In this document: piece after piece, positions 17,572 to 21,103 of the stretch
Layout: every line of letters begins with the position of its first letter
Numbering within the stretch: the stretch's first letter is position 1
NCBI GenBank assembly: GCA_963828465.1
Contig: CAWHEU010000016.1
Span: forward strand, 1-21,103
Origin: an uncultured Acidobacteriota bacterium
Lineage (GTDB): Bacteria > Actinomycetota > Acidimicrobiia > Spongiisociales > ZC4RG35
Reading direction: 5' to 3'
DNA: 21,103 nt
Translations under genes and position numbers: made by a program
Notes under the pieces: generated by a model
Seen by the model: only the letters and a program-made list of their open reading frames with translations
The model's database searches: none
Told to the model about the DNA's origin: nothing

Positions 17572-19983
17572 CTAGACGTACCCGTGTTTTCCCAGCCAGC
17601 GTGCACCGAAGAAACCTTCAATCGCGGGTAGGTAGAAGGTGATCACCCGATAAGCCACAGTGACCGCAAAAGCGGTCGACTGATCGACCCCGAACGTGAC
17701 CAACAAGGCGGTCATGGTCGCCTCGGCCACGCCAACCCCTCCCGGCACCGGCATGAACCCGGCCAGGAGACTGGTGCTTGCAGCGACGAACAGGGCTGAG
17801 CCGTAACTGATGCCGCTCCCAACGGCCTGCAAAGTCAGCCAGAGAGTGATACCGAGCACGTTCCAGTAGACGAAGTTGCTCCCGAGCAACCCGAACGCTC
17901 GCGACGGCTCGTGGAGCACGACTTTCAACGCGCCCCAGGCCTGAACGACCACAGGGACCACTCGCTCACGAAGTGTCTTGATCTTCAGAACCGCGACCAC
18001 CACCCCGACCGCGACGAGGGTCACCACGCCGAGTATCAACAGCCACGGCACATCAGCTGGGTCCATCTCGAGACCGAGGTCGACGTCGCCGAAAAGCACC
18101 ACGAGGATCAGGATGGCCGTCTGGACAAGAAACCCGGAGAAGCCGTCGATGGAGCCCTGAACGAGTGCCACTGGCACCGGGAGACCGAATTTGGCCAGAA
18201 ATGCCGTGTTCATCGCGACACGGCCGGCCGCGCTCGGTATGGCGAGGCTGATGAACTGGCTTGCCGTCTGCAATGTCAGCAACGGCCAAAAAGGCAGTTT
18301 TACCTGGACGGCGAACATCGTTGCCGTGGCTTGGGGGAAGAATTGAGTGTGCCCGACGATCAGGGCGAGGACCAGTAGGGGCCAATCCGCCGCCTCGAGG
18401 ACCGCCCATATCTCGGCGTAGTCGACACTGGTGAACAGCGGGATGATCGCCCAGGCGACCAGCAAAAGGAGCGCCGCCAGGATGAGATTTCTCGCCGTGA
18501 CCCGGCGCAACTTCACCGGCTCCGGCATCTCGGATTCGGTGACCTCGATCACCTTCGAGCTCAGAGAGGACATCAGGCTCTTGGGCTTCTCCGTGAGGCG
18601 CCGGGTCGTGGGGCTTACCGCAGGCACCTGGAGATAGGGCAATGCGGCAACGAGTCGGTCGCGTCCCAGTCCCTGGAGCGCAGTACCGACCGCCCGCTCC
18701 TCTCCGACCAGGACCGCGAGCGAGAACAAGAGCTCGACGATGTCCGTCGCCTGGTCGGACTCATCGGCAGAGAGCGACCCGAGGGCGAAGTCGGTGATGA
18801 TCGGCCCATCCGGGCCCACCTGGACAGCCGAGGTATCCAAAGAGCCATTGCTCAACGATCCCTCCTGCATGACACGCACCTGAGCCCATGCCTCGATGAG
18901 GAGGTCGTCGGTGAGGTCGATTGGGTCCAATTCGGGCAAGGCGATGCCGATGCCGCTGAACGAGATGAGAGCGACCTCCGACGTGGGGCTCCCCACGGCT
19001 GCCAATTGTGGCACTCGTACCCCGGCACGATTCGCGACGAGAGTGATCAAGGCCTCGTGCTCCACGGCCTGGAGTCGTGAATACCCCAGGGTTCTGCTCG
19101 ATTCGCGGTACCACAGCGTGTGCCAGAGCTTGGCCACGAGGCGTGACTCGACGGCATCACGTCCGTGCACCTTGATATCGACGCCCTCGTTGTCGCCGTC
19201 CCGCCCGACGAAACGAATGACTCCCCATGTCTGGTAGGGCGCTGGCTCGAGAGCACTCACATCAAGACCGAGGATGGAGAGGGCCGCGGCCACAGAATTG
19301 GGGTCGGGGTACCCCCGCGGCGACCCCACGATGGCCAAGAGGAGACCGGCACAGAGGAGACCGATCCCGAAAGAGCCAATGATGTGCGTCGGGCTTCCAT
19401 AACCCAGACTCACCGACGCGAATGCGGTAGCGACAATGGCGAGCCAGCCGAAACGTCGAAGGGGACGAGTGACATGGGGGCCGACCACCACGAGGATGGC
19501 TGTAACGATCGCCACCCTGAGCACCGGGAACTGTGGCGTGGGATTTTCCAGTCCGATCTCGGGCAAGACGTAAGGCCATGCGTCGTTGATGATGAACGAG
19601 AGAATTACCACCAGCACCGCAGCGGTCCCCCCCACGATCGCCAGGTCACGCAGCGCAGGCCGCCGCTCTCGACCTCCCATCACCAGTGCAGCGAAGACGA
19701 CGACGACGTAGACCAAGCTGGAGGCGTAACCGACCTCGAGGAGAAGGATCACCCACGATGGGCTCGCTTGCACCAGCTGGGTGAGTGCCAGCGCCCATGT
19801 CGAGATGCTTTCGACGTTGACGGTGGCCCATATGACCAAGAACAGGCCAAGAAGCGCCTTGAACACGTCGCTCGGCCGCCTCACCCGGGGCTGGCCACCA
19901 GACGTGACGAAGTATGAGGAAGGCCCAACAGTGAGTGATTTGATCGCGTCCCTCCCGGGTCTCGTCAGGTCCTGATTCTGCAA
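17572..19983 (-). CDS. Large membrane protein: N-terminal TM bundle, degenerate kinase-like domain and UPF0104 (lysylphosphatidylglycerol synthase TM/flippase-like) domain
   Basis: RVRRPSD N-terminus, several TM helices, a soluble domain (IKVHGRD, HEAL, VRVPQL, ITDF) and C-terminal PVPGGVGVAEA..L...AYRVITFYLP. The start codon is uncertain. Confidence 0.85.
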   Translation of the reverse strand: MQNQDLTRPGRDAIKSLTVGPSSYFVTSGGQPRVRRPSDVFKALLGLFLVIWATVNVESISTWALALTQLVQASPSWVILLLEVGYASSLVYVVVVFAALVMGGRERRPALRDLAIVGGTAAVLVVILSFIINDAWPYVLPEIGLENPTPQFPVLRVAIVTAILVVVGPHVTRPLRRFGWLAIVATAFASVSLGYGSPTHIIGSFGIGLLCAGLLLAIVGSPRGYPDPNSVAAALSILGLDVSALEPAPYQTWGVIRFVGRDGDNEGVDIKVHGRDAVESRLVAKLWHTLWYRESSRTLGYSRLQAVEHEALITLVANRAGVRVPQLAAVGSPTSEVALISFSGIGIALPELDPIDLTDDLLIEAWAQVRVMQEGSLSNGSLDTSAVQVGPDGPIITDFALGSLSADESDQATDIVELLFSLAVLVGEERAVGTALQGLGRDRLVAALPYLQVPAVSPTTRRLTEKPKSLMSSLSSKVIEVTESEMPEPVKLRRVTARNLILAALLLLVAWAIIPLFTSVDYAEIWAVLEAADWPLLVLALIVGHTQFFPQATATMFAVQVKLPFWPLLTLQTASQFISLAIPSAAGRVAMNTAFLAKFGLPVPVALVQGSIDGFSGFLVQTAILILVVLFGDVDLGLEMDPADVPWLLILGVVTLVAVGVVVAVLKIKTLRERVVPVVVQAWGALKVVLHEPSRAFGLLGSNFVYWNVLGITLWLTLQAVGSGISYGSALFVAASTSLLAGFMPVPGGVGVAEATMTALLVTFGVDQSTAFAVTVAYRVITFYLPAIEGFFGARWLGKHGYV

Positions 19984-20093
19984 GCTACGTCGGAGACGGC
20001 CCGCAGCACGTCATCCGACGTGGACGATCAAGTCTGACACCAGGAGGGACTTTCCTTACGGTCTAACGTGTCTTTGGTTTTGGTGGGGGGGTC

Positions 20094-20112
20094 GATGAGG
20101 TCAACCCTCATC
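20094..20112 (-). terminator. Hairpin just downstream of the DUF6325-like gene
   Basis: GATGAGG-N5-CCTCATC, a perfect 7-bp stem 9 nt after the stop at 20122. It has no U-tract. Confidence 0.35.
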
Positions 20113-20121
20113 CAATGTCGA

Positions 20122-20667
20122 CTACATGTCGGCTGACGTGTCGACGGCCTCCTGCTCGGCCTCGAGCTCGGCTGCATACCCCATCAGCATCCCCAGCCCG
20201 ATCAAGTCCTCCGCAGACACGGTGCGGTGGGCAAGGACGACCCCGCCGGCATCGCGGACCGCGTCCCGCAAAGGCACCGCCCAGAGATGCTCGAAAGCCA
20301 ACACCAACGCAGAGCTGCCGTCAGGCAATTCGTCGATCAGGTCTGCAGCGACCGACTCGGCAACGGTCATGGCATCGGCGTCGACCATGCCACCTGCCTC
20401 GGCCATCACCGCGGCTGCCTCCTCGCCGGCCACTCCCAGCCCGACCAGGGCGGCGACCACTGAACGCAGCTCGGCCCTCTGCTCATCGTCGAGACCGGAA
20501 ACCGACAACACATCGATCTCATCGCCGTCACGGGTCACGAACACAGCATCGATCACCCGAATCTGCCCGACATCACTGAGACGTGCCAGCTCCTCGGCGA
20601 TCCGACCCTCGAACATGTCGTTGTCCGGGAACCCGATCACCAGCCCTTGAATTGGTCCAATCGTCAT
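20122..20667 (-). CDS. DUF6325/DUF1269-like protein
   Basis: MTIGPIQGLVIGFP, IRVIDAVFV, ELPDGSSALVLAFEHLWA and AVRDAGG. AAGGAGG precedes ATG 20667, with a -10 TAGGGT at 20710-20705. Confidence 0.8.
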   Translation of the reverse strand: MTIGPIQGLVIGFPDNDMFEGRIAEELARLSDVGQIRVIDAVFVTRDGDEIDVLSVSGLDDEQRAELRSVVAALVGLGVAGEEAAAVMAEAGGMVDADAMTVAESVAADLIDELPDGSSALVLAFEHLWAVPLRDAVRDAGGVVLAHRTVSAEDLIGLGMLMGYAAELEAEQEAVDTSADM

Positions 20668-20759
20668 GCTGATATGCCTCCTTGCGAAGCGTCGTGGACA
20701 ATCGACCCTACCCCTGCACCAACTTCGCTGCGGAGGACGGGTACACAGCCGTCGTACTC

Positions 20760-21103
20760 TCAGATGTAGCCGTGTTGCTCTAACCAGCGGGCACCAAAGA
20801 AACCTTCGACGGCCGGCAGATAGAACGTGATCACACGGAAGACAATCGTTGCGGCGAAGGCGACTGACTCTTCGACCCCGAACAAGACCAAGAGAGCAGT
20901 AATGGTCGCCTCGGCCACACCGACACCGCCCGGGACGGGCAGGATCCCCACCAAGAGATTGGAGCCGGCGGCAATCAACAGAGCCGACCCGTAGGGAATG
21001 TCTGCTCCGATGGCCTCGAGTATCAGCCACAGGGTGAGCAGGACGCGTTCCAGTAGAGGAAGTTGCTTCCTAGAAGTCCCAATGCCCGGTTCGGCTGCTT
21101 GAA
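20760..21103 (-). CDS. C-terminal part of a second UPF0104 flippase-like membrane protein (paralog of 17572..19983; runs off the window; one frameshift)
   Basis: FKQPNRALGLLGSNFLYWN / TLWLILEAIG..YGSAL..PVPGGVGVAEATITALL..FRVITFYLPAVEGFFGARWLEQHGYI aligns residue for residue with the paralog. One base is missing within 21036-21046. Confidence 0.85.
   Translation of the reverse strand, partial: QAAEPGIGTSRKQLPLLERVLLTLWLILEAIGADIPYGSALLIAAGSNLLVGILPVPGGVGVAEATITALLVLFGVEESVAFAATIVFRVITFYLPAVEGFFGARWLEQHGYI

Noticed and set aside
20668-21030. 5' extension of the DUF6325-like ORF to 302 aa
   Set aside because: It overlaps the flippase paralog in another frame; a strong SD marks ATG 20667.
1-21103. 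CRISPR arrays, tRNA/rRNA (including tRNA-Sec), transposases, prophage or defence genes
   Set aside because: None was recognized by eye; nearly the whole window is accounted for by the listed genes.

Overview
High-GC bacterial chromosomal window. Leaderless TAnnnT promoters and gene content suggest Actinomycetota, possibly Acidimicrobiia (inference). In order it contains: two enolase-superfamily genes (frameshifted); a core cluster of ispE, rsmA, tatD, an opposite-strand AbrB-type regulator and rsmI; a DUF192-like gene; a HExxH lipoprotein; a four-gene NAD-linked formate dehydrogenase operon converging on fhs; HAD and VOC genes; a frameshifted pfkA; a LURP-one-like gene; and two paralogous UPF0104 flippase-like membrane genes flanking a DUF6325-like gene. 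The main signal is the FDH operon. Its catalytic subunit has an in-frame TGA at the Mo/W-ligand position followed by an fdhF-like SECIS, so it is a selenoprotein that the ORF track splits in two. The FdsA-type alpha subunit is also split and reordered: the Mo-proximal [4Fe-4S] domain lies at the C-terminus of a separate downstream Fe-S gene. Two structured repeats extend the C-termini of operon proteins: a 162-bp palindrome with minus-strand G-U bias and a triplex-type repeat. An unannotated 34-aa membrane ORF overlaps the pfkA start. Several single-base indels look like long-read errors. All calls come from reading motifs; no database search was run.
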